Shown here: positions 13,355 to 24,824 of the stretch, piece after piece | How the letters are laid out: each line of letters begins with the position of its first letter | Numbering within the stretch: position 1 is the stretch's first letter | NCBI GenBank assembly: GCA_002269645.1 | Contig: NIVC01000150.1 | Coordinates: forward strand, 1-64,000 | Reading direction: 5' to 3' | Length of the DNA: 64,000 nt | From: Macrostomum lignano | Lineage: Eukaryota | Program-made: the position numbers and the translations under genes | Notes under the pieces: model-generated | What the model was told of the DNA's origin: nothing | What the model saw: only the letters and a program-made list of their open reading frames with translations | Databases searched by the model: none

Positions 13355-16300
13355 TCACATTTTTGATTGCTGCTGGGCGGCGGTCTGCCACTTGCACATG
13401 AGCTGGTCGATATTCTTCTTTTGAAACACGCTGACTGGCTTCGATTTCTGCAACAAATTTAAAGTGAAAAATATTTAACTTTCTTGACTTGAATGATTTG
13501 TCACTCTGCTCTGTTAGAATCTAAACATCCAAGCTCACACTGATCCACCAGAGTGACAATGCCAAAGTCACGCCCAACCACCAGAGTGACAATGCCAAAG
13601 TCACGCCCAACCACCAGAGTGACAATGCCAAAGTCACGCCCAACCACCAGAGTGACAATGCCAAAGTCACGCCCAACCACCAGAGTGACAATGCCAAAGT
13701 CACGCCCAACCACCAGAGTGACAATGCCAAAGTCACACACAACCACCAGAGTGACAATACCAAGTCAAACCTATCAACCAGAGTGACAATGTTAAAGTCA
13801 CACTCAAACACCAGAGTGACAATGCCAAAGTCACACCCAAAAACCAGAGTGACAATGCCAAAGTCACACCCAAAAACCAGAGTGACAATGCCAAAGTCAC
13901 GCCCAACCACCAGAGTGACAATGCCAAAGTCACGCCCAACCACCAGAGTGACAATGCCAGTCACACACAACCACCAGAGTGACAATACCAAGTCAAACCT
14001 ATCCACCAGAGTGACAATGTTAAAGTCACTCCCAAACACCAGAGTGACAATGTCAAAGTCACACTCAAACACCAGAGTGACAATGCCAAAGTCACACCCA
14101 AACACCAGAGTGACAATGCCAAAGTCACACCCAAACACCAGAGTGACAATACTAAAGTCACACCCATCCAACAGTGACAAATGATAAAGTCACACCCAAC
14201 CATCAGAGTGACAATACCAAAGTCAAACACAACCACCAGAGTGACAATGCCAGTCACACACAACCACCAGAGTGACAATACCAAGTCAAACCTATCCACC
14301 AGAGTGACAATGTTAAAGTCACTCCCAAACACCAGAGTGACAATGTCAAAGTCACACTCAAACACCAGAGTGACAATGCCAAAGTCACACCCAAACACCA
14401 GAGTGACAATGTCAAAGTCACACCCAAACACCAGAGTGACAATACTAAAGTCACACCCATCCAACAGTGACAAATGATAAAGTCACACCCAACCATCAGA
14501 GTGACAATACCAAAGTCAAACACAACCACCAGAGTGACAATACCAAAGTCAAACACAACCACCAGAGTGACAATGCCAAAGTCACACCCAACTGAGCTCT
14601 ATCTCACCTTCCGCTTGACCGGCTGGCCACCAGGCGGTTCAACGTCCACCCAACGCGACGAGGCCGGATGCGCGCCGGCAGTCCCGGACGATCCCGACGT
14701 TGTCGCCGCGAACAACATCGGGCTGCCGTCAAGATCGTCAGAGTCCTCAGCGTCAGCGGTGACCGCTTCGCAGGCAGCATCGTTAGAATCTTCATCGGCA
14801 GCTGTAGCGGCGGCGGCGGCCAACGCGCTGTCGGTGTCGTAGGGTCGAACAGCGACCGACATATGCGAGGAGGCGAACGAGGCGGAGTTCGTTGACGAGG
14901 TGGTCGATCGACTTGCCGACGAAGACGAACGCAGCACCACGGGCGGCGGCGGTGGTGGCGGCGGCGGCGGAGGCAGCGGCGGGAGGCCCGGCAGGGAGGG
15001 TCGCGGAGGACGCGGAGGCGGCGGCAACGGCAAGCCGGCCTCGTCGCCGGAGTCCAACTCCATGCTGTCGTCGACAACTGCCGGGCCGAGGGCGGATTGG
15101 AGGGCGGAAGCCGGCGGAGTAGCGGCAGATGCGGACTTGCCGCTGGCAGCAGCTGTTTTAACATCATCTTTGGCGGTGTCGCCGGCGCTGTCAGAATCGG
15201 AGCTGTCACTGTCCCGACCGTGATCGTAGCTGACCAGCCGCACTACATTGCCACCGCTGTCGCTCGGATCTTTATTGACGCCCTGGTCTGCAGCGTCAGC
15301 CGCCGCAGCTTCCGGCGCGGCCGCGGGCTGGCCGGGGAATTCCCACTGGGCCTCGCCAGTGCGGACGCTCTGATAATAATAGGCGGCATTGGCCGGGTCC
15401 CACAGGCACAGCCAGCCGGCTGGGCAGTCGGCCTGCACCCGACGCTGGCAGGCTTCGGCAGCCTGGGCGACGCGAGATTCGTAGTGTGCGACGCTGATCG
15501 CACCGTCTTCGAGATCGCGTAGGCGAGCGCGAGCTTCAATGGCGGCGATGAGGAGAGGCGAAGCCTGGTCTGGATCGTGGCCGAAGTAGCTGGACTGGGC
15601 GGCCAGGGTGGCGGCCGACTGCCTGCAGCTGGTGAGCCGGTCGATGTCCAGCAGCTGCGGTCGAATGGCCTGAAAGTTGGGCGGCAGAGCCGGCCCGATC
15701 ACTGCCGGACTCGCTGCCGCTGCCGGCTTCGTCTGCGACGGGGGCGGCGGCCGAACCGACGAAGGTGGCAGAGGCGGTGGCGGCGGCTGCTGCTGCTGTA
15801 GCGGCTTTTCCGTTGACCGCTCCCGCCGGTCACGGCTGCAGTGCATGGAAAGGAGATTTAATTTGTTGCTGTTTGTACTTTTTGGTAGTGGCCCAGCAAC
15901 TGAGGAACTGGGAGGCTGGCCCAGCAACTGAGGATCTGGGAGGCTGGCCCAGCAACTGAGGATCTGGGAGGCTGGCCCAGCAACTGAGAAACTGGGAGGC
16001 TGGCCCAGCAACTGAGGATCTGGGAGGCTGGCCCAGCAACTGAGGATCTGGGAGGCTGGCCCAGCAACTGAGGATCTGGGAGGCTGGCCCAGCAACTGAG
16101 GATCTGGGAGGCTGGGCCCAGCAACTGAGGATCTGGGAGGCTGCATGGCCCAGCAACGGAGAATCTGGGAGGCTGCATGGCCCAACAACTGAGAATCTGG
16201 GAAGCTGGCCCAGCAACGGAGAATCTGGGAGGCTGCATGGCCCAACAACTGAGAATCTGGGAGGCTGGCCCAGCAACTGAGGATCTGGGAGGCTGGCCCA

Positions 16301-19300
16301 GCAACTGAGGATCTCGGAGGCTGGCCCAGCAACTGAGGATCTGGGAGGCTGGCCCAGCAACTGAGGATCTGGGAGGCTGGCCCAGCAACTGAGGATCTGG
16401 GAGGCTGGCCCAGAAACTGAGGATCTGGGAGGCTGGCCCAGCAACTGAGGATCTGGGAGGCTGGCCCAGCAACTGAGGATCTGGGAGGCTGGCCCAGAAA
16501 CTGAGGATCTGGGAGGTTGGCCCAGCAACTGAGGATCTGGGAGGCTGGCCCAGCAACTGAGGATCTGGGAGGCTGCATGGCCCAGCAACTGAGGATCTAG
16601 GAGGCTGGCCCAGCAGCTGAGGATCTGGGAGGCTGGCCCAGCAACTGAGGATCTGGGAGGCTGGCCCAGCAACTGAGGATCTGGGAAGCTGGCCCAGCAA
16701 CGGAGAATCTGGGAGGCTGCATGGCCCAACAACTGAGAATCTGGGAGGCTGGCCCAGCAACTGAGGATCTGGGAAGCTGGCCCAGCAACGGAGAATCTGG
16801 GAGGCTGCATGGCCCAACAACTGAGAATCTGGGAGGCTGGCCCAGCAACTGAGGATCTGGGAGGCTGGCCCAGCAACTGAGGATCTGGTAGGCTGGCCCA
16901 GCAACTGAGGATCTGGGAGGCTGGCCCAGCAACTGAGGATCTGGGAGGCTGGCCCAGCAACTGAGGATCTGGGAGGCTGGCCCAGCAACTGAGGATCTGG
17001 GAGGCTGCATGGCCCAGCAACTGAGGATCTAGGAGGCTAGCCCAGCAACGGAGGATCTGGGAGGCTGGCCCAGAAACTGAGGATCTGGGAGGCTGGCCCA
17101 GCAACTGAGGATCTGGGAGGCTGGCCCAGCGACTGAGGATCTGGGAGGCTGCATGGCCCAGCAACTGAGGATCTAGGAGGCTGGCCCAGCAACGGAGGAT
17201 CTGGGAGGCTGGCCCAGCAACTGAGGATCTGGGAGGCTGGCCCAGAAACTGAGGATCTGGGAGGCTGGCCCAGCAACTGAGGATCTGGGAGGCTGGCCCA
17301 GCAACTGAGGATCTGGGAGGCTGGCCCAGCAACGGAGAATCTGGGAGGCTGCATGGCCCAACAACTGAGAATCTGGGAGGCTGGCCCAGAAACTGAGGAT
17401 CTGGGAGGCTGGCCCAGAAACTGAGGATCTGGGAGGCTGGCCCAGAAACTGAGGATCTGGGAGGCTGGCCCAGCAACTGAGGATCTGGGAAGCTGGCCCA
17501 GCAACGGAGAATCTGGGAGGCTGCATGGCCCAACAACTGAGAATCTGGGAGGCTGGCCCAGCAACTGAGGATCTGGGAGGCTGGCCCAGCAACTGAGGAT
17601 CTGGGAGGCTGGCCCAGAAACTGAGGATTTGGGAGGCTGGCCCAGCAACTGAGGATCTGGGAGGCTGGCCCAGCAACTGAGGATCTGGGAGGCTGCATGG
17701 CCCAACAACTGAGGATCTAGGAGGCTGGCCCAGCAACGGAGGATCTGGGAGGCTGGCCCAGCAACTGAGGATCTGGGAGGCTGGCCCAGAAACTGAGGAT
17801 CTGGGAGGCTGGCCCAGCAACTGAGGATCTGGGAGGCTGCATGGCCCAGCAACTGAGGATCTAGGAGGCTGGCCCAGCAACGGAGGATCTGGGAGGCTGG
17901 CCCAGCAACTGAGGATCTGGGAGGCTGCATGGCCCAGCAACTGAGGATCTAGGAGGCTGGCCCAGCAACGGAGGATCTGGGAGGCTGGCCCAGAAACTGA
18001 GGATCTGGGAGGCTGGCCCAGAAACTGAGGATCTGGGAGGCTGCATGGCCCAGCAACTGAGGATCTGGGAGGCTGGCCCAGCAACTGAGGATCTGGGAGG
18101 CTGCATGGCCCAGCAACTGAGGATCTAGGAGGCTGGCCCAGCAACGGAGGATCTGGGAGGCTGGCCCAGCAGCTGAGGATCTGGGAGGCTGCATGGCCCA
18201 GCAACTGAGGATCTAGGAGGCTGGCCCAGCAACGGAGGATCTGGGAGGCTGGCCCAGCAGCTGAGGATCTGGGAGGCTGCATGGCCCAACAACTGAGAAT
18301 GTGGGAGGCTGGCCCAGCAACGGAGGATCTGGGAGGCTGGCTCAGCAACGGAGGATCTGGGAGGCTGGCCCAGCAACTGAAGATCTGGGAGGCTGGCCCA
18401 GCAACGGAGGATCTGGGAAGCTGGCCAGCAACGGAGGATCTGGGAGGCTGCATGGCCCAGCAACTACGAATCTGGGAGGCTGCATGGCCCAGCAACTAAG
18501 AATCTGGGAGGCTGCATGGCCCAGCAACTGAGAATGTGGGAGGCTGATGCTGTTTGTACTTTTTGGTAGTGGTCCCGCAACTGAGGATCTGGGAGGCTGG
18601 CCCAGAAACTGAGGATCTGGGAGGCTGGCCCAGAAACTGAGGATCTGGGAGGCTGACCCAGCAGCTGAGGATCTGGGAGGCTATGCAGTCCTATAGAAGG
18701 AAGCAGTCTTCAAGAATTTACCTGCGTTTCCCCTCTTCATCCTCGGACCCTTTATTATGCTTGCGAGATTTTTTGGAACGCTCGCGCCTGCTTTTATCCC
18801 GATGCGGTCGGCGCTCTTTTTTCTTCTTTTTCCCCGAATGCTTCTTGTGCTTGCCAGCAGAGCTTTTCTTGGCCTTCTTAGACGGCGGCGGCGAGTCGGC
18901 AGAGGCGTGCCGCGAAGCTTTTAAAGAGCGGCGCTTTCGCGAATTGAGGGAAGAGGAGGCTGCGGATGGAGAAGAGGAAGCCGACGACGACGAAGAAGAA
19001 GAAGAGGTGTCGCTTAACTCGCCCGAGCTGCTCTGGTTGCCGGCGGCGTTGCTGCTAATAAAACAGTCGAATTGGAATTTGAGAATGCTAAGAGAATGTT
19101 GTCGATTATTCTCTGCAATACGAATTCAAGTCACCATCATATTCGTAAAAATATTGTTAGATCTCTACTTACAGTAGGCTAAGTATGTCTTTACTATTTT
19201 ACTATAGTCAATAACGCATTAGCTGCCTGCGTCAGCAAAGTTAAGCAGAGCTGGTCGTGGTTAGTACGCTATTAGCTGGCAAACATCCGGGCGGGCAAGC

Positions 19301-19756
19301 GTGCCCCATTGGTGAAATTTAGGTCTTGTAAAAGCAGCAGATTTCTCATTTTTGCAACTATAACAAGAGCAAAAAATGACTGATTAACACATGTTATACC
19401 TCTTTGGAGCAGAAGGCAAATCCTTGCCATAATCCGGCTGTGAAGTCTGTGACGAATCAGCTGGAGAAAAAAACAAACGAGTTTATTGTACAACAAAATT
19501 AGGAAATTAGGAACTAATAAAGCCACTAAGACTCCTTCGATGTTAAATCCTTTTTTCATTTGTTTAAAACTCACGAATTGCTTCCAAGGAGCTGCTGGTT
19601 CCTTCGTTGCTTTTCTTAATGCTGGCCAACTCCTATTAAACCAATGCAGATTGTTTCGACTTGGATTTCAGTTATAATGATGCATATATTTGGTATATCA
19701 TAAAAACAGTATTCTCACCGCAAGGAAATTCTCCAAGGCGGAGTTGACATTGTCCG
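13355..19756 (-). CDS. FNBP4: Formin-binding protein 4-like WW-domain protein (5'-incomplete). Exons 19756-19719, 19632-19575, 19460-19400, 19054-18722, 15835-14608, 13447-13355
   Basis: All junctions GT-AG and phase-compatible. DNVNSALENFLAELASI resembles the FNBP4 N-terminal 'LANFLAEI' motif; WW domain GWLCLWDPANAAYYYQSVRTGEAQWEFP at ~15335-15419; C-terminal IDQLMCKWQ resembles FNBP4 'SLVKKWQ'. Family assignment is from memory. Confidence 0.7.
13540..14590. repeat. 33-bp intronic minisatellite (CCAGAGTGACAATGCCAAAGTCACGCCCAACCA) in the last FNBP4-like intron
   Basis: Tandem unit fills the intron between donor 14607 and acceptor 13448. Confidence 0.95.
15890..18682. repeat. 28-bp (32-bp variant) intronic minisatellite (GGCTGGCCCAGCAACTGAGGATCTGGGA), ~95 copies
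   Basis: 28-aa periodicity (3 x 28 bp) in the pseudo-ORFs; lies between donor 18721 and acceptor 15836. Confidence 0.95.
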
Positions 19757-19982
19757 CTGAAATATTAATTTTTAACGCCCTTAGAATTTTAGTATTATGA
19801 CATCGTTCATCTCAATAAAAGTACATTTTATAACCTTTACAAAATCAACAGTATAATTAATTTGTTAATATGCATATCCTAAATAACTGGTCAAATTCTG
19901 AAAGATAAAAGTTGTCAAAAAGCAGAGCGTTTACTTTTTAGTCAGTAATTTGTCTGCGCAGTGTCACTTCCTAAGGTGCAGT

Positions 19983-20812
19983 CCTAATCTAGCTCAGCCA
20001 ATGAGAGAGCGGTAAGGAGAGAGGTCAAAGTCAGACGTACGAAACTCAGTCTAGGGGCACTCCTAATCTAGCTCAGCCAATGAGAGAGCGGTAAGGAGAG
20101 AGGTCAAAGTCAGACGTACGAAACTCAGTCTAGGGGCCCTCCTAATCTAGCTCAGCCAATGAGAGAGCGGTAAGGAGAGAGGTCAAAGTCAGACGTACGA
20201 AACTCAGTCTAGGGGCACTCCTAATCTAGCTCAGCCAATGAGAGAGCGGTAAGGAGAGAGGTCAAAGTCAGACGTACGAAACTCAGTCTAGGGGCCCTCC
20301 TAATCTAGCTCAGCCAATGAGAGAGCGGTAAGGAGAGAGGTCAAAGTCAGACGTACGAAACTCAGTCTAGGGGCACTCCTAATCTAGCTCAGCCAATGAG
20401 AGAGCGGTAAGGAGAGAGGTCAGAGTCAGACGGACGAAACTCAGTCTAGGGGCACTCCTAATCTAGCTCAGCCAATGAGAGAGCGGTAAGGAGAGAGGTC
20501 AAAGTCAGACGTACGAAACTCAGTCTAGGGGCACTCCTAATCTAGCTCAGCCAATGAGAGAGCGGTAAGGAGAGAGGTCAGAGTCAGACGGACGAAACTC
20601 AGTCTAGGGGCACTCCTAATCTAGCTCAGCCAATGAGAGAGCGGTAAGGAGAGAGGTCAGAGTCAGACGAACGAAACTCAGTCTAGGGGCACTCCTAATC
20701 TAGCTCAGCCAATGAGAGAGCGGTAAGGAGAGAGGTCAGAGTCAGACGAACGAAACTCAGTCTAGGGGGCCAGGCCCAATCTGGTTCAGCCAATGAGAGA
20801 GCAGTAAGGAGA
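19983..20812. repeat. 79-bp tandem repeat, ~10 copies, each containing AGCCAATGAG
   Basis: CCTAATCTAGCTCAGCC at 19983, 20062 and onward (period 79). Confidence 0.95.
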
Positions 20813-22176
20813 GAGAAAAACAATGGAATTTCAAAATGTTGACTCGTGCGCATGCCTACGAGTAAACGACAAAAAAGCACTTGTGGTAGTCGATTATTAT
20901 TGAAGACGACATATCGGACTTTTTTCTGCTTTTCACTGAATAAAAAATGACTTGTCTTTTCTGAAATTCTCTTGTCAAGACTTTTATGAGATTTCCAGAC
21001 CAAACATTTCATGCAGAGAAAGGCTTTGAAGAAAAGGTTTTTATCACTTTCGCGTATGAATAAAAATCACACTTTTTCTCGAGATCTGAATAAAAAACTT
21101 GAGTTTCCCACGAGCACCTTCTCCCAATGTACACAATCTACCATTGCGTACCGCTTAAGGATTGTCTTGACGATTTGGCCATAGACAAAGTTTCACAGCT
21201 TGGATAAAAAGACCAGAAAAAAAATCTAGAAGGTAGGACGACAATAGACTATGAATTTCCTTGATTTAATACTATTTTAATGAGACTGTTCTCCTATGCA
21301 GTTCTTCTATGCCTCCTCTTTGGACAGTGTGAGAAAGTTCGTTTTGATACACTTTCTTTATACTGTCTGTCAATGATTTGTATTTTCAATAGTTCCAAAT
21401 GTTTACACCGGTAGGTATAATCATTCTCAAGCCTAAGCCTGTATAGTGCTATTAAGTAAACATTTGTAGTATCAAAGACACTTACACTTCGAAGCGGACA
21501 TGACTTCAAATCCGGTAACACAATTAGTGACAAATTTGTTTTTTCTCAAAAAAACGATTGCAAAATCCAGTCAGTCAGTCGGCAACTGAGTCGGAGCGCG
21601 GCTGCAAACAGAAATTGGGTTCGGAGAAAAGTGTTTGTTAGTAAAATAAGGCCATAAAAGTTTCGCTTGTATCCATTGATACTGCTTTAAGTAGCGTCCA
21701 CTTACAATTGAGACAATTCGCAAAACTGCACCTTTTTGGAGAGAGAAAACCAAAATTCCTTACTCTGTTTTTCCAAAAAGTCACAGGCTTAAATTTTAGT
21801 GAAATATATATAGAATAGAAACAAAGACCAAACAAAGACGGCCAGTCGTGCAGTATTTTAATATTGTCAAAACAAAATGCTGTTTGCTATTACTCGTAAA
21901 AACAAAATTTTCCTTTATTAAAATGCACCTTGTTCAAGCGGAATTGGCGTTTGTATGTATATTATTATTATTATTTCGGTTGCACGATAAAAACAGTAGG
22001 AAGTGGATAAAAATTTTGCTAAGAAATCGATAAGAAGTTCTTGATTCTGTGTGTTTTAAAAAACCTATTAAAATGTAAAAATCTTTTGTCTAGAAAATTA
22101 AAAAAACAGAAAAAAGGCGTTCAAGAATTCTCTCTCTTTGAAGTCGTCGATAAGTCAGTTTAAAAAATGCACGAGT

Positions 22177-24824
22177 TCACAGATTGTACATGGGCGGCTT
22201 GGATTTGAGATGTCGGCCACGGCTGCAGGAAGCAAATGCACTACCCTGGCTACTCATATTAGTAGTAGTATTATTAGCATGCGCCTCGTAAATTAGAGCG
22301 GGCAAAGCGTCCGGTTGAATCGCTTTTTGGAGGGCCGAGCGAAACAAGCGGCCAACGACAAAACAGCCGGGTTGGTCGGCAGCGTGTCGAGTCCACAGGC
22401 ACAGCCGGTAGTGCCGGGAGCGGATCTGGGCGCCAAGGGGAGAAAGGAGATGAAGGAGGTGACGATTAGGGTGATTCCTAAATTGATCACGATAGGGAGG
22501 GGGGCGATTCCTAAATTAAACAGGTAGGGGGCGATTCCTAAATTAAACAGGTAGGGGGCGATTCCTAAAATACACAGGTAGGGGGGGGGGCGATTCCTAA
22601 AATAAACAGGCAGGGGGCGATTCCTAAATTAAACAGGTAGGGAGGGGGGCGATTACTAAATTAAACAGGTAGGGAGAGGGGCGATTCCTAAAATAAACAG
22701 GCAGGGGGGGGGCGATTCCTAAAATAAACAGGCAGGGGGGCGATTCCTAAATTAAACAGGTAGGGAGGGGGGCGATTACTAAATTAAACAGGTAGGGAGG
22801 GGGGCGATTCCTAAATTAAACAGGTAGGGAGAGGGCGATTCCTAAAATAAACAGGCAGGGGGGGGCGATTCCTAAATTAAACAGGTAAGGAGAGGGGCGA
22901 TTCCTAAATTAAACAGGTAGGGAGGGGGGGCGATTCCTAAATTAAACAGGTAGGGAGAGGGGCGATTCCTAAATTAAACAGGTAGGGAGGGGGGCGATTC
23001 CTAAATTAAACAGGTAGGGAGGGGGCGATTCCTAAAATAAACAGGTAAGATTAAAAAATGGCAACCCCTGTACACCTTCAAAAGGCTAAATTCCCTTGCT
23101 AATAATCTGAAACATTATAAACCCACCTGAACAACCAGACCGCAGATCTGTCTCCCAACCCGATCGGAGAAAGCCTCTCCAATAGCCATCAGCAGAGCCT
23201 CAGTCCAAGCCTTATCTACCAGAGCTGCCTCGGTCGAACGCCTGTCTAAGCTGAGCATCCAACGGCCGCCGTTGCAATTATCAGGCGCCTCCCACATGGG
23301 CGGACAGCCGGCCCTGAACACGGAATAATCGCATCCAGGAGGCAGCCGACTTGGCGGCATTGCAAAGTTGATGATGCGCCAGAAATCTTCGACGCTTGAG
23401 AAACTGGCCACAGGTAGTTGGCTGTCTAGCCAGGCACGGCTGCGATCGCTTTTGTAGAACCACAGGGTCCAGCTGCATGGTGGATTGAGGGAGCGCCGCG
23501 GCAGATTAGTTGGTGGTTGTTGGAGTGTTTAACTACTACTGCGAGTAATAGGATGGGGCATTAGGGGGATTTTTGAGATTTATTCGTTATAGTAGCTCAG
23601 AGGCGATTCTTTAAAAGATCAGGGGCGATTTTTTAAATGATTCAGGGGCGATTCTGTTAGTGATTCAGAGACGATTTAGACCGGAAGCGAATATAATTGG
23701 ACAGTAGAATTGCACTTCCATGTATCAACCATGCTGACATGCTGGTGACATACTTACCAGCTATTTAGCAGATGCTTCTCCATCAGTGGTTCAACAAGTG
23801 CATCGCTGGCGGCATCTTCAGCATTCGTACTAGTGGAGCATTCACCAGCGGCTTCACAAACGCTATTACAATCTAATGTAGACGAACTATCCGTGTGATC
23901 TGAGTCGCTTTCTGCACCAGCTTTGGAAGAGCTTAAGCCTGATTCTTCGGTATTGTGGCAACTTTCGTTCAGTTTCGGTTGGTCAGCAACTAGAGATCTT
24001 TTGCTTCCGTCTCCTTTCTTATCCTTTGTAGAGCTATGGATTGGCTCATTGGAGGAGCTTCTGCTAAGCTCTTTGTTTTCGGCAATGAAGATTTCGGTCA
24101 GCTCTTTGTTGTTCTCAATGGAGCTTCCGGTAAGCTCTGTGTTCTCGGCAATGGAGCTTCCGGTCAGCTCATTGTTGTTCTCAATGGAGCTTACGGTCAG
24201 CTCTTTGTTGTTCTCAATGGAGCTTCCGGTAAGCTCATTGTTGTTCTCAATGGAGCTTACGGTCAGCTCTTTGTTGTTCTCAATGGAGCTTACGGTCAGC
24301 TCTTTGTTGTTCTCAATGGAGCTTCCGGTCAGCTCATTGTTGTTCTCAATGGAGCTTCCGGTAAGCTCTTTGTTGTTCTCAATGGAGCTTCCGGTAAGCT
24401 CTTTGTTGTTCTCAATGGAGCTTCCGGTCAGCTCATTGTTGTTCTCAATGGAGCTTACGGTCAGCTCTTTGTTGTTCTCAATGGAGCTTCCGGTAAGCTC
24501 ATTGTTGTTCTCAATGGAGCTTACGGTCAGCTCATTGTTGTTCTCAATGGAGCTTACGGTCAGCTCTTTGTTGTTCTCAATGGAGCTTCCGGTAAGCTCA
24601 TTGTTGTTCTCAATGGAGCTTACGGTCAGCTCATTGTTGTTCTCAATGGAGCTTCCGGTCAGCTCTTTGTTCTCGGCAATGGAGCTTCCGGTCAGCTCAT
24701 TGTTGTTCTCAATGGAGCTTCCGGTCAGCTCTTTGTTGTTCTCAATGGAGCTTCCGGTCAGCTCATTGTTGTTCTCAATGGAGCTTCCGGTCAGCTCATT
24801 GTTGTTAATGATTGAATCAGCCAT
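22177..24824 (-). CDS. EIF4E: Class I eIF4E with long repetitive N-terminal extension (~553 aa). Exons 24824-23758, 23472-23127, 22425-22177
   Basis: Spliced product reads KHLLNSCWTLWFYK..RAW..VEDFW..PGCDYSVFR..PMWE..GGRW..WTEALL..GEAF..IRSRHYRLCLWT..YEAH. All eight conserved Trp of eIF4E are present, including the W43/W56 equivalents. Junctions are GT-AG and in phase. Confidence 0.9.
22480..23047. repeat. ~28-33-bp intronic minisatellite (GGGGCGATTCCTAAATTAAACAGGTAGGGA) in eIF4E intron 2
   Basis: Visible tandem with variable G-run length. Confidence 0.9.

Noticed and set aside
14599-18531. 300-660 aa ORFs of QPPRSSVAGPASQILSCWA repeats
   Set aside because: Read-through of a 28-bp intronic array that is open in several frames; the real coding exon starts at the acceptor at 15835.
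18683-19177. Plus-strand acidic ORF (EEEADDDEEE)
   Set aside because: Antisense of the Ser/Lys-rich FNBP4-like exon 19054-18722.
19983-20812. CRISPR-like appearance of regularly spaced repeats (also other arrays)
   Set aside because: No unique spacers, no cas genes, eukaryotic context.
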